Assembly: GCF_038025025.1 (NCBI RefSeq)
Contig: NW_027117352.1
Coordinates: forward strand, 62,001 to 126,000
Length of the DNA: 64,000 nucleotides
Direction: 5' to 3'
Source: Phyllosticta citribraziliensis
Lineage: Eukaryota
The position numbers and the translations under genes are program-made. Below are positions 13,770-29,477 of the stretch, piece by piece. Numbering within the stretch: position 1 is the stretch's first letter; each line of letters opens with the position of its first letter. The notes under the pieces were generated by a model. The model searched no databases and was not told the DNA's origin. It worked only from the letters and a program-made list of their open reading frames with translations.

Positions 13770-14732
13770 TCACCCCCTCCCGAAAGCAACACCCATATCG
13801 CCACCCTTCCGCTGCACGCGGCGCAAGCAGCGCAACCGCGCCCTCAGCAAGCACGGCTCGAAGCTGTGGCCACAGCGACACGTCCATGTGCCATCCTCTA
13901 TCGCTGTCACTGCCACTGCCGTCTTGGAGGCATGGTCCCGGGTGCCGCGGTGGCGGTTGCGGTTGCGGTTGCGGTTGGCCATCGTGGTGTCGTAGGCGCG
14001 CGCATTGGCCTTCGCATTGGCCTTCGCATTCACCCTGCCACAGCGGCAACAGCGCCAGCGCCGCGGCGGGTGCGCTGGGTTGCTCATGGGCGGAAGAGGT
14101 GGACAATAGCGGTCGTGTGCGTTACTGGTCACAGTGGCGCTTTTGTCGCTTTTGTTGTGAGGGGCTGCGGTGCTGTCGCGGTTGGTATGAGCTCGACTAG
14201 TCTTGAGGCGCGGAGAATGAGCGGTGCTGGAGTTTTCGGATGCGATGTTGGTAGTCGATTTGAACGTAGACTTGAATCTACCTCTGAAGGTCGCAGCGAG
14301 ATTGGGAGGTGGCTTTGGCAAGGCTAAGGTGGAGGTCGAGGCTTCGCTGGCCGCCGTCGTCTCCGGCGTCGCGTCCGGCGTCGAGGCGAAAGGGGCGTGG
14401 TGGACGACAGTCGTCAAGCTCGACAAATTCGAGTTAGAATTCGAGTTCAAGCCGCCAAAGCGACGCAGCCAGTCTTGTTCGAAATCGGCGCCAAATTCCA
14501 GAGCAAGGCCAAATTGACTGGACGGATGTCGCTGAAACAGCACCACTGACGAGCTGGCGCAGAGCGTGTTAGGTGGCGGCGCCGGGCTCTCCTCCCACGT
14601 CGAGTGCTCGTGTTGGAATATGTAGTCGGCGTCGGCTTGGTTGAGGTCGACGAGCTCGACGCAGTGTTGGGCGCTGTTGTCGCGCTTGCGTGAGAGACGG
14701 AAGAAGTTGAGTGAGGGGAGGCGGAGCGGCAT
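13770..14732 (-). CDS. Hypothetical protein, 320 aa, with C-terminal Cys motifs (putative zinc ribbon)
   Basis: Intronless ATG ORF with good context (ACAACAATG) and GC3-rich codons; WRCCRCG ... WTCRCGH..C motifs. Confidence 0.55.
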   Translation of the reverse strand: MPLRLPSLNFFRLSRKRDNSAQHCVELVDLNQADADYIFQHEHSTWEESPAPPPNTLCASSSVVLFQRHPSSQFGLALEFGADFEQDWLRRFGGLNSNSNSNLSSLTTVVHHAPFASTPDATPETTAASEASTSTLALPKPPPNLAATFRGRFKSTFKSTTNIASENSSTAHSPRLKTSRAHTNRDSTAAPHNKSDKSATVTSNAHDRYCPPLPPMSNPAHPPRRWRCCRCGRVNAKANAKANARAYDTTMANRNRNRNRHRGTRDHASKTAVAVTAIEDGTWTCRCGHSFEPCLLRARLRCLRRVQRKGGDMGVAFGRG

Positions 14733-14855
14733 TGTTGTTTGATGTCGTGTGGTTCCATGGGACCTTGAGGAGGCTTGAGGGAGAGAGCGTGTTGAGGTTG
14801 AGAAAATGCGCGATATTTGGCGTGTGCCGTGACGGAATTTGACGGCGTGATGTTG

Positions 14856-14958
14856 TGTGGGTATTGATCAGGAGAGTCTGCGGAAATGAATGACTGCTTC
14901 CTACACGCAACTATCGTGGCACATGAATGCTCCTTAAGCGTAGGCGTAGCAGCGAATG
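14856..14958 (+). mobile_element. Degenerate copy of 33-bp-unit TIR element (~2 units)
   Basis: ATGAATGACTGCTTCCTACACGCAACTAT...ATGAATGCTCCTTAAGCGTAGGCGTAGCAGCGAATGA. Confidence 0.65.
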
Positions 14959-15369
14959 ATGTGCGTGTATTGATCATGAGAGAGAGTCCGCAGAGCAAAA
15001 CTTACGACTTGGGCAGTCAGCCACTTTTCAATTCCATGTTGTTTTCAACACGGTCAAAAAGAGCCCAAAGATCGAAGTTAAGTCTGATTATAGCATATGA
15101 GACGACGTTCATCACCTGTCTGCATTTAGTAATTGGGAAGATCAGTCAGCAACGTAGCAGAAGTTTAAGTCATTGAGAGAGTATCGATAGAGGAGAAACA
15201 GACACATAACACCAACAATATCTCTTACACTCTATGTACAAAACAAAGTGCCGATACCCCCCAACGAACCATTCAACATGGCAAACATCTTCTCTCGAAC
15301 CACAGGCGGTATCGAGACAAGCCGCTGTCTGAGAGCTTCGCAAAGATGAATTGAAGGTCACAGCTCTCG

Positions 15370-17330
15370 CTAAGTAGCCGTGGGAGTCGGTGTTGGCTCA
15401 GCAGGCGGCTTCGGGATTCTAAACGGATGCGCCTCGGTGTTGAAGACAAAGTCATCCAAGCTGACGAGCTCGGGCTCGCTGAAGAGGAGGTAAAAGTACT
15501 TGAGCGTGCCAGACATCCAGAAGCTCTGAAGAAAAGTCAGTCATGTTCTACAAACTGTGAGTCGAATAGAGAAGAGCTCACCTGCATCGAATCCAACTGT
15601 GTCGAGTTTCCTGTCGTCGTCACGTCCTCCAATGCCGCATTTCCCCATTCCGCCTCGGTGTGCGCCCGTAACTTCTCAAACATTTGCCACGCAATGACCT
15701 GCAGCTCCGACATGCCCGTGATGCGGTACAAGACGAAGATGCTCTCAACGGTCTCGGGGCGAAGGAGGTGGCGCTTGTCTGCCACAGAGGCAAAGCCCGG
15801 CTGTAAGTTCTCTTGCGCGATGCGCTCGTCCAGCTGGTCCGCCGAGTCGAGCTCGAGCGTCTTTTGCACGGCAATGCGCCACTTGAGCTCCGACCACGAG
15901 CACGACATGTCGCTGCTGTCGATGGCGGCGCTGCCCTTGGCACACGGCACCAGGCTCGACGTCTCGGGCATGACGCCCAGCGGGAAGGCGTTGTGCGTCC
16001 AGATGCAAGTGTCGGTGATGCGGCGGCCAATGTCGACGTGCTCGGATTGGTTGAAGAGCCGTCCGCCCAGCGCGAACATGCCGCCTGCGAAGCATACGTG
16101 GCTCTGCCATTCGGGCTCCAGGCTTATCTCCTCGCCTTCGCGGCGGTTGCCGACGATGCGTGCGTGCCCTAGCGCGAGCATGTCGGGGTTCTCTGGGACG
16201 AGCGGCCGGAAGAGTAGGTGCTTGACTGCCGTGTCCATGGCCTTGGTGTAGAGGTCGCGGTACCTCGACGTCAGTCCGTTGAGCAAGAGGTGCATTTTGG
16301 GCAGATTCTCGTAGGTGGTGCCCGAAAATTCACCCAAGGTGAAGATGGGATCGGCCGTAAAGTCTTTGACTTTGGCGTTGCACTTGAGAGGCCACATCCC
16401 GGGCAGTCTCGTCTTGTTCTGCTGCTTTTCTATTACTTCTACGACGCGCTCGACAGCATCAAAGTACTTTGGGTCGCCCGAGACTTGGGAGAGCCGTGTG
16501 AATTCCAGCGTCATGGACGTGACTTCGACGACGAGAATCGAGTCGGCTGGGAATTGGACCTTTTTGTGAATGGCATCATGGGGCTTCCAGCGGGTGAGGG
16601 GCATGCGCTCAGGCGTGTCAAAGGCTACGTAGAGCATATCGCCGAGTTCGAGGGCCTTTTTCAGCAGCCTCTCGTCGCCGCTGAGATCGTAGGCGGCGAG
16701 GAGACCACCAAGATGACGTATCGTGACTTCGTAAATGTTGACGACTTCTGAGTTGAAGAATTGAAAATCGATTCGGAGAGCTGCGTTGGCGGCCTTTTCA
16801 AACTCGTCATGCATTCCCATAATCCAAAGAGTGTCCAGGTTTTCAATTAGGGTTGTAGCCCAGCCACTGCTGGTCCTGGACTTGCCAGTCAATGGTGTCA
16901 GCTCATCTCCGAGCCAGGCCTTGGCTTTGTATGCGCTCCATGCTCTTTGAAAGGTGCTCTTGATCTCGTTTCTCCTACTTTCACGCTCCGTCCTGGCTGC
17001 CTTGTCCTCATTGCTGATCACGTTTTGAATTTCTGGCAATTGCTGGTGCTTTCCTCTGGGTAATTGATGATAAAACTCGACCGGAAATCGTTGCCCCCTC
17101 CTAGTCCAATCGAACCTTTGCGGTTTGTAAGGCTTCTTCTTCTTCTTCTGCTCCTTTTCTTTCTGGGCTTCTGCGGCCTCGGGTGTATCTGGTGCCGGAG
17201 GCGGTGGCTCATTCGGCGCGTCGGTTGCCAAAGAAGCTCCTGGATCCCGATGGAAAGAAAGGTAAAGAAACAAGACAGAGCAAGCGGCCACGATGCCGAT
17301 GAGAAGCCATCGGCGAGTGAGGCGAGGCAT
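15370..17330 (-). CDS. Glycoside hydrolase family 47 (class I alpha-1,2-mannosidase-like), type II membrane protein; intron 15526-15581
   Basis: N-terminal TM anchor; [60 protein letters not shown]. Confidence 0.92.
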
Positions 17331-17799
17331 GCTCCGTCATGTGATGAGACGACGCCTCAAAGGCGTTAGCGCGGGTGGACCGGTTACGTTTGGCGCGCGC
17401 TTGCAGCTCTCGGAAACTCGTGGTTGTAGAGAGAGAACGCGAGCCCGCAACAATGCACAGCAACTCAAACCGTCAATGGCTGGCGGGGCTGTCAATTCTG
17501 AAATGTTCAACCAAAGACGTCGACGTAGCTCTGCACGTTTCAAATATGCTCGGCGAAGAGTTAGTTCCTGGGCAGTTTGTCTTGGCCGCATTCTTCGCCT
17601 TTGCCGGCGTCTGGGGCGGCAACGACAAATGACATGTTCCCGTCCAATTTGCGGTTGATATTAAGTTGTCCTCTGTCAGGGAACCTTGTTTGCCATTCTT
17701 TTTAAGGATTGATGCCAAGGATAATATCCCTTATCGGCACTCCCTCAGTCTAGCTGCGGCATTGAACGTCTGCCTCCAAGGCGCAAGTAGAGAGGGCGC

Positions 17800-17926
17800 G
17801 AACACTCATTGAGCGCAGGTGTAGCAGCGAAGTATTCCTTGATCGCAAGCGCACATAGTAGCGAATGGTTGCTCCCTGAGTGCACAGATACTGCCAGAAG
17901 GTCTCATCTCTTTCGACGCCCGCTGT
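17800..17926 (+). mobile_element. Partial copy of 33-bp-unit TIR element with a well-preserved right TIR
   Basis: CCAGAAGGTCTCATCTCTTTCGACGCCCGCTGT at 17894-17926, preceded by degenerate units. Confidence 0.7.
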
Positions 17927-20130
17927 TGCTGCGGGATAGTCATGTTTCAACTGCGGCTCTGTCAACATTGGCACTGGCAAGTTCAGATGCATTCTCGGCA
18001 CACTCCATCTCTTGACCTGCAGTTTTCCCCTGTGCGTTGTTTGCGTGGGGTGCTGTCTTTTGCCTTTCTTTTGGCGTGGTTGGAGAAAGGTTTTCTTTCA
18101 CCAGGCAAACATGTACTGGACATGGCGTTTGCATGGCACATTCTGAAGTCACGCCACCACGCGCCTCGCCGGCAAACCAAATGCAGGCCAGACAGGTGAC
18201 CTGCCAGACCCCGCCAGACAGCAGACGTTGAAATAAGATTTCTGCGGCGGCGTTCCCTATCCCAGCTCTCGTCAAGTCAAATGGCGTCTGCAACGGGAAG
18301 CTCCGACGTCGGCGCTCAGGGGCCTTGACGGAGATCAATTCTGATCTTCAGATTGCCGAAGACGCAGAGTGTTGCATTGTAGAGCTGGCGGCTGTCTCAT
18401 CCTGAGACTTGCCGCGGTTCCAAACGATGCGATTTCGATGGTTAGGCTCCCGCGCAGGCACTTTTCTCGATGCTCCGTTATCGCCAAAGCCATGCCTCTA
18501 GAGGTCTAGCATGTCGGTGGTGTGTGCGGCGGCAACGCGCGCCTCCTGAATCCTGAATGTAGAGAGAATTGGAGGCTATGATCGGCTACGGGCGGTTGAT
18601 GATGGTCAGTCCGGGATATTTTCGAGGGTTTGGTGATGGCGGTCCGAAGGCAGAGGAGCATCAGGTCGGCCGGGCCCGTGTTGCGGATCCGGTTGCTACA
18701 CACGACGAGGTCAGGGCACTCTGGCGTGGTCTCGGGACCGAGTATTTGGCGGACTGCGTATTGAGCAGGATTGTTGTGATTGCAGCTGTGCCTCTTTGAG
18801 TGCTTTGCGTGAGGCTGCACTGTGAAGCTATTGGTAGGTTGGTATCTGGATCAGCTTATTGCTACCCCTGTCCTCGGGGACGCAGCCCGATAGGTCCGCG
18901 GTCGTCGATTGAAAGACGAGCTTGGAAGTGTGAATTTTGCTCGGCCGAATTTGTGGTGGTGTCTACAGCTCCTACATGAAAATCCTGTCCTGTCAAGAAA
19001 ATGGCGGTGCCAAGCTGGGCGACGGTGGTGTCCATCTTGTCGATAGCTTCGGGAATGTTCATCGACGAGCCGGCAAACGCGTGGACCAGGACGGATGATC
19101 TCCATGGCCATGAATGCTCCCGAGTACCGACCTGACCGAGCGCCGGCAGAGAAAAAAGACGGCGGCGGCCCCGAACGCAGCCACCAAGGTCGGAGGTGGA
19201 ATCGGACGGAAAAAGACGCGTAGCACTCCGTGATAGGAGCGTAGGAGACAAATGCAGTCGAGCATGTCACGACAGGTGGGATATTCAGGGGATCTAGAAC
19301 TGCGGCGCCACAGTGCCAAGCGCAGGAGACAGCAGAGGACGGGAATAGACCGGGATTGCAGAGCAGGCTCAGTCGTTGACGTCAAAGCTGTGGCGGGGGA
19401 GTTGAAGTTTTCGAGCTTCAGCCACAGTAGTTTCGAGGTGGTGAGGGCTTATCTTTGCAGACGCGGGCAGGTTGATGGAGCCGTGTCACGACGGCGCGTG
19501 AGATGCGGCCATATCCGCTGAGCAGAGCGGATCCAGGTCAGGGAGTCGCAAAAAAGTTCGAAACGGCGTTTGGGGCGAGGACGTGAGGTGGCGCGTCCAT
19601 CAGCAGTTGAGCCCTATCACTCCCGACCCGGCCCGACGTGACTAAGCGCGTACCTTGGTGTTCTGTTCTGACGCGACCTGCACGTCAGACGCAGCCAGAC
19701 GAAGCCAGACGACTTCTCTCCACTGTAACCACTGCGACGGATGTTGAGTACGAGGCCAGAGATACCGCCAGAACGACGAATTGAAAGAAATGGGCGAATC
19801 GTCGCTGGATTGAGGGATATTCTTGGAGGTTGACGGTATTGTTACGGCGTCTGGCGCGACATCATCCGATGCCGGGTACTTTTGGAAGCTTCAACCCAAC
19901 CCAACGGCGAAAACGAGTGGCGCTGTGCTCCCTCTGCTCGCTGCGGCCCGCCTCATGCCATGTCGAGTGACGGCGGCCGTGCTAGCCGCCGCCAGCCATG
20001 AAGCTTCACATTTCGTCATGCCAGACCCTGTCCAGGAGCTGCATTCAAAAGCGACCCTCTCCCCCGGCCACCACCAGCTTCTCTCCCCATCACCATCAAT
20101 CAACATCACCAACCAACTACCACATCCATC

Positions 20131-22009
<1,879 letters not shown>

Positions 22010-22378
22010 ACTCCTCGTCGTCCTCTTCATCACTCCTCCTTCTTTCCCTCTCCTTTCCCCTCCTTCCTTTTCTCCTCTTCCTCATATAGAGACCGCCCAT
22101 CGATCAACACACGCCATTTGTCATGACCGACGATCCTTAGACTTTGGGGGAAAACAACACTGAAGGGGTACCTGTTGGGAAAAAAGTTTTGTTGTTGGCG
22201 TTGTCCGCGAGAAGGTGTAATGTGGGCTATGATGCTTGGGTCTTTTCTCATTGTATAGTTTTTGATTCCCATAAACGAATTTCATCTCAATTTTTTTCTG
22301 AATTGGCTGTCTGTCATGCTTCTGCTTGTGACAAAGTTATCTGGAGTTGTTGACTCTGCAGTTTTGATCATGGATGGC

Positions 22379-22487
22379 ACAGCGCGTGTTGAAAGATGAG
22401 ACTAGCAGATGACTGCTCTCTGGGCGCAACTATAGCAGCAAACGACCCCCCCCCCCCCACCCCCCCCATTTCTTTTGACACCACTGT
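22379..22487 (+). mobile_element. Short copy of 33-bp-unit TIR element with both TIRs and an internal poly-C tract
   Basis: ACAGCGCGTGTTGAAAGATGAGAC ... GACTGCTCTCTGGGCGCAACTATAGCAGCA ... (C)n ... CATTTCTTTTGACACCACTGT. Confidence 0.7.
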
Positions 22488-23100
22488 GAAAGCCATGTCT
22501 GCAGTCAGCAGCGCTAGCCTCGAAACGTCAAAGCACGACACATGAAAGTCTAGATTATTCTTTGCTTCCCCTCTTCATCTATTTCATACACATCGACGTG
22601 GAGCAGCACGATTATTCGGCTCACGACATTCCCCATCCACCGCTACTCTTTTCTTTTCATCTCTGTTTCCGCCCCCGTCGCGCCTCCGTGCACACCACTC
22701 ACTCCACTGCTGCCAGTCCACAGACAATCCTCAGAGCGCCGGTGCGTTTGCTGCTTAGCATGCATACACACGTCGCGCGTCGTATCGATGAGACGGGCTT
22801 GTTGAGCTGGGCTGGGCTTCACTGAGTGGGGGAGGAGGTTGATCAAGTGCCGTATTGCTTGGCTTCTTGGGCATATATGGGTCGAGCAGGTCGGTAGCCG
22901 AGCGACTGCGGTCATGATCGGCGGGCAGGCAGCCAGACAGGCAGCTCTCTTCTCTCTCTCCAGCAAGCGAGTAATAATATAGCCATCCGAGCGAGAAGCA
23001 GCATTTGCCAGGAGTCGGTTTGGTTGGCGCAACAACTGCAGCGCGCAGCCGATTCCATGGGCAAGGTAGCTGGAAAAGCAGTGCGGTAGCAAGCAGACGC

Positions 23101-23724
23101 TCACACAGCACCACCACCGACGCCCAGCTCCTCCAGCACGGCCTTCAGCTTGGCGACGCGCAGCTCCAGCTCTTGCATCTCGTCCTCCTGCTCCTCGACG
23201 CTGCGGTCGACGTCGCCCAGCCGCGCGCACGCCTGCCGCGCCCGCTGCAGCCGCACCTTGAGCGCGCTGGCCGCCGCCGCCAGCTGGTGGATCTCGAGCG
23301 GCTGCGTCTCCGGGTCCTTGTGCTCTGCTGGGGCGCCCTGTTGGCTATGTGCATTTCCTCCTGCTGCTGCCGTCGCGGTTGTGCCTGTTGCTGCCGCGCT
23401 GGTTCCGCCCTGCTGTTGCTGGCTGCCGCCGACGGCCGGCTTGGGGATCAAGAGACGCGAGAGGAGGATGTGGAGCTGGGGCAGCAGGTCAAAGGTCGCG
23501 GGGGAGGGCAGCGCTGGAATCGTCGCTGCGGCGCTGCCATTGGCGTTGGCGGGCCCGTTGGCGGCCGTCGCGTCGGGCGCTTTGGAGTAGCTGCGCGACG
23601 CGGCGCCCGAGGGCGTGCCGGGCGCTGGTGTTGAGAAGGCGCTGCGCGAGATCGAGGGCCGGGGAGTGTGCGAGGTGTTTGCCGCGGCGGCGGCGGCTGC
23701 TAATGAAGGTGGGACGGCGGCCAT
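23101..23724 (-). CDS. MED9: Mediator of RNA polymerase II subunit 9 (Med9/Cse2-like)
   Basis: FDLLPQLHILLSRL and C-terminal coiled coil LKVRLQRAR...DVDRSVEEQEDEMQELELRV. Confidence 0.75.
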   Translation of the reverse strand: MAAVPPSLAAAAAAANTSHTPRPSISRSAFSTPAPGTPSGAASRSYSKAPDATAANGPANANGSAAATIPALPSPATFDLLPQLHILLSRLLIPKPAVGGSQQQQGGTSAAATGTTATAAAGGNAHSQQGAPAEHKDPETQPLEIHQLAAAASALKVRLQRARQACARLGDVDRSVEEQEDEMQELELRVAKLKAVLEELGVGGGAV

Positions 23725-24217
23725 GGTGGATACCTTGGGGGTGGCGGTGGGGAGGAAGTGGTTTGCGCTGTCAATTGGCCTGCGACGCGTTGCAGAGACA
23801 CGTGGGTTGAAACGGGACTCGACAGGGAACGGAGGTTAGGTTCAGGTGTGACGCATGGCGTGTCGGGGAGTTTTGGCCGGAGGATTGATTGACTGATTGA
23901 TTGATTGATTCGTGGCGTGGTGGTGTTGAGAGGCGCAGAAGTCAGTCCCACTTTGGATTTCTTGGGAGTGCGGCCATCGGACGTGCAGCGGAGGGGCTCT
24001 GACGTTTCGGGCTTTGCGTTCGTTGAGAAAAGCAGAACAACCCCACCACGGCTGATATCGAGAGACTGTCACCCCAGAGCTCCGTGCTTTGCCTGCCCTC
24101 TCGCCGCTTCTATCCCGTATTTCTCTCCTGCTCCTCTCTCCTCTCCCTGGTTTCTTCACTCACTTCTTTTTTTTTCCCTGCAGTCCCCTCGGAAAAAAAC
24201 AGCCCCATCCAACAAAA

Positions 24218-25875
24218 ATGGTCGACCAAAAGGCTGTACTCAGTAAGGCCCCCTCAACCATGGAACGAGGGCCACACCGGCTGACAGTTGATAGTCGTCA
24301 TTGACGGCTGGGGAGTCGCCGGCGAAAAGTCCCGCAAGGACGGCGATGCCATTCTCGCGGCCGAGACTCCCGTCATGGACGAGTTCAAGCGCCCCGGCTC
24401 CGAAATCACGCAGGGCTACACTGAGCTGGACGCCTCCTCTCTGGCCGTCGGCCTGCCCGAGGGTCTCATGGGCAACAGCGAAGTCGGACACTTGAACATC
24501 GGCGCCGGCCGCGTCGTCTGGCAGGACGTGGTGCGCATTGACCAGACCATCAAGAAGGGCGAGCTCAAGGACGTCGAGAACATTCAAAAGAGCTTCAACC
24601 GGGCCAAGAATGGCAACGGCCGCCTGCACTTGCTCGGCCTCGTCTCTGACGGCGGCGTCCACTCGCACATTAACCACCTCCTCTCCCTCATCAAGCTCGC
24701 CAAGGACGTTGGCGTCCCCAAGGTCTACATTCACTTCTTTGGCGATGGCCGTGACACCGACCCCAAGTCGGGTGCCGGTCACCTCGAGCACCTCATCAAG
24801 GTCACCAAGGAGCTTGGCTACGGCGAGATTGCCACCATTGTCGGCCGCTACTTTGCCATGGACCGCGACAAGAGGTGGGAGAGAGTCGAGGTTGGCCTGA
24901 ACGGCGTGGTCAAGGGCGAGGGCGAGGCCAGCAGCGACCCCGTTGCCACTGTCAAGGCCAGGTACGAGGCGGGCGAGACGGACGAGTTCCTCAAGCCCAT
25001 CATCGTTGGCGGCGACGAGAGGAGGATCAAGGGTAAGAGTCGTCCCCCTCATCTGCCCGCGACATTTCTAACACGCAGTAGACGACGACACCATCTTCTT
25101 CTTCAACTACCGCTCTGACCGCGTCCGCGAGATGACGCAGCTGCTGGGCGACTTTGACCGCTCGCCCAGGCCCGACTTCCCCTACCCCAAGAACACGCAC
25201 CTCACCACCATGACGCAATACAACCCCAAGTACACGTTCGACGTTGCGTTCCCGCCGCAAAAGATGGGCAACGTGCTGGCCGAGTGGCTGGCCAAGCAGG
25301 GCGTCGTGCAGTCGCACATTGCCGAGACGGAAAAGTACGCGCACGTCACCTTCTTCTTCAACGGCGGCGTCGAGAAGCAATTCAAGAACGAGCACCGCGA
25401 GATGGTGCCGTCGCCCCGCGTGGCCACGTACGACCTGCAGCCCGAGATGAGCGCCATGGGCGTGGCCGACAACGTGTGCGAGCGCATCCGCGAGGGCAAG
25501 TACGAGTTCATCATGAACAACTTCGCGCCGCCGGACATGGTGGGCCACACGGGCGTGTACGAGGCGGCCATCCGCGGCGTCGCCGAGACGGACCGCGCCA
25601 TCGGCGCCATCTACGAGCAGTGCGTCAAGAGCGGCTACACGCTCTTCATCACGGCCGACCACGGCAACGCCGAGGAGATGCTCAACGACGAGGGCGGCCC
25701 CAAGACCAGCCACACCCTCAACAAGGTCCCCTTCGTCATGGCAAACGCCCCCAAGAACTACTCCCTCGAGAAGGCCAACGGCGTCCTCGGCGACGTCGCC
25801 CCCACCATCCTGAACGTCATGGGCTTGGGCCAGCCCGACGAGATGACGTCCAAGAGCCTGCTCATCAAGTCGTAA
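24218..25875 (+). CDS. gpmI: 2,3-bisphosphoglycerate-independent phosphoglycerate mutase; introns 24243-24294 and 25033-25081
   Basis: LIVIDGWG, GLMGNSEVGHLNIGAGR, SDGGVHSH, GRYFAMDRDKRW, AETEKYAHVTFFFNGG, PDMVGHTG, TADHGNAEEM. Confidence 0.96.
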
Positions 25876-26325
25876 GCCGGTTTCTCCGTCCTTGCACTTG
25901 CCACGTGCACCCATTCTTCAAACGGCTACATTTTCCTTAGAGGTAGAGGAGACGACGAGTAGACGAGCATGCATGCCAGACGGTGGTGATTGAGTTATGA
26001 TGATGATTGGAGTTGTCGGGCATAGCACGGCGCACGCGGTGACGAAGAAACGCGTGCGGGAGACGAGGAGTGCGGAGTGAGGCTTGAAGTCGTCGTTGGT
26101 GTTGTTATTGCCGTTTCAAACACACTCTTATAGACTTGCACTTATTTTCCCCCCAGCTAGAAATGAAATTGATGAAGTTGATGTCGAAATAGACTGACTT
26201 GTTCCCTCATGCCCGTTGAGTTATGTTACCTCAGCATGGCGAGTGTGTCTGAGCAAGGGGCAATGAGAAAGCTGCACCCATGTCTCCTCCTTTTCTTCTT
26301 TCCTTATTGTAGCCATGCTCACATC

Positions 26326-26415
26326 ACAGTGCTGACTGCCTTGGTCTGGCTGCTGCAATCAACGACTGCTCCTTAAAAGCACTCCCATCACCAGTCGGCC
26401 ACATTTCTTTCAACA
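26326..26415 (+). mobile_element. Degenerate single-unit copy of 33-bp-unit TIR element
   Basis: GGTCTGGCTGCTGCAATCAACGACTGCTCCTTAAAAGCACTCCCATCACCAG...CATTTCTTTCAACA matches the inner left end, one unit and the right end. Confidence 0.6.
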
Positions 26416-27003
26416 AATCACACACAAGAGACATCCCGTCAACAGCCCAATCAAATCATGCATAATAAAATAAATAACATTGCGCTAATATGACGGAAAA
26501 AAAAGATCAGGATGCCTCAGCTCCTCACCTCTACCTGGCTAGCTGGCCGGCAGACAGGCTATCTCTCTCTGCGCTGCTCTCCGCCAATGGGCCCAGAAAG
26601 CAGCAGCAAGATGCGTTGGTGTTGTATTGCGCTCAGACTCGCCATCTTCTTCTTGGCCCCCGGCAGTTTGGGGTTATTATATTACCTTGACCTTCTTGCC
26701 GGGAAGGGGGCGATGACTTATGAGAGTGTTTGGTGGCCCGGTGCCGCCGTAGGTGAGCGAGGGATTGAGGGATGAGTGCTGCCTGGTGCGTGCCTTCAGT
26801 CACCGCTCACGATGATGCGGTAGCAGGCAGGTCCCTTCCATTCGTCTGTTCGAGGGCGGGCGCGCTCTCGCCGTCTCGTTTACCACCACCGTGTTGCTCA
26901 GCGTCTCCCCACGCGCGATTCCATTACTCTCTCCCCCCTTGCTTTCCTCTCCTCTCCTCTCCTCCCCAGAAGTAGACTTGTGCGGCCCACCCCGTTCCGG
27001 CGC

Positions 27004-28960
<1,957 letters not shown>

Positions 28961-29477
28961 GTAAAGCGTCAGCCTGGACGGTTGGCGGCGGAGTGGACGC
29001 TGAAGGTGGTGTGGCGGCAGGCGGATGGGACCGAACGGGAACAGACGACCTATGATGGGTTGAACTGCGGACAGAGACAGGACTGAGGCAGTGTTGCCGG
29101 CCGGCGGAAGACAGCGCAGCCGAGAGCAATGCAATGAGATGATGGACGAATCGAGGGCCACAAATTAACGCGCGGACCGGCAGCGCATTCGGCTTGAGGT
29201 CATCGCATTATTGCTGGGCGGCCGGTTCCAGCGGCGCGGCAGACAAGCCTCAGCAGTGAATTTGCGCGGCCGATCCGAGACGTCACCGAGGGCGCGCCCG
29301 CCGGCCACGACTATTGCGCCCACCGTCAACACCAAACTGTTTACACGGCGCCGTCGAGACTGACTTCACTTGTTTCCGCACCCAACCACGCGCCATCCCT
29401 CAATCGCCGCCGTGGAGCTCGCCCTACCTCGATCCGGCCATCAACATCTCCTGCCATCGCGCTCATTCCGCAAAAAA

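Noticed and set aside
17940..19550. Short ORFs between GH47 and PDC1 (and at 34.7-36.2 kb)
   Set aside because: No coherent exon chain, codon bias or recognisable motif.
24218..25875. Bacterial-type iPGM as recent horizontal transfer
   Set aside because: Has spliceosomal introns and host codon usage; cofactor-independent PGM is known in filamentous ascomycetes.
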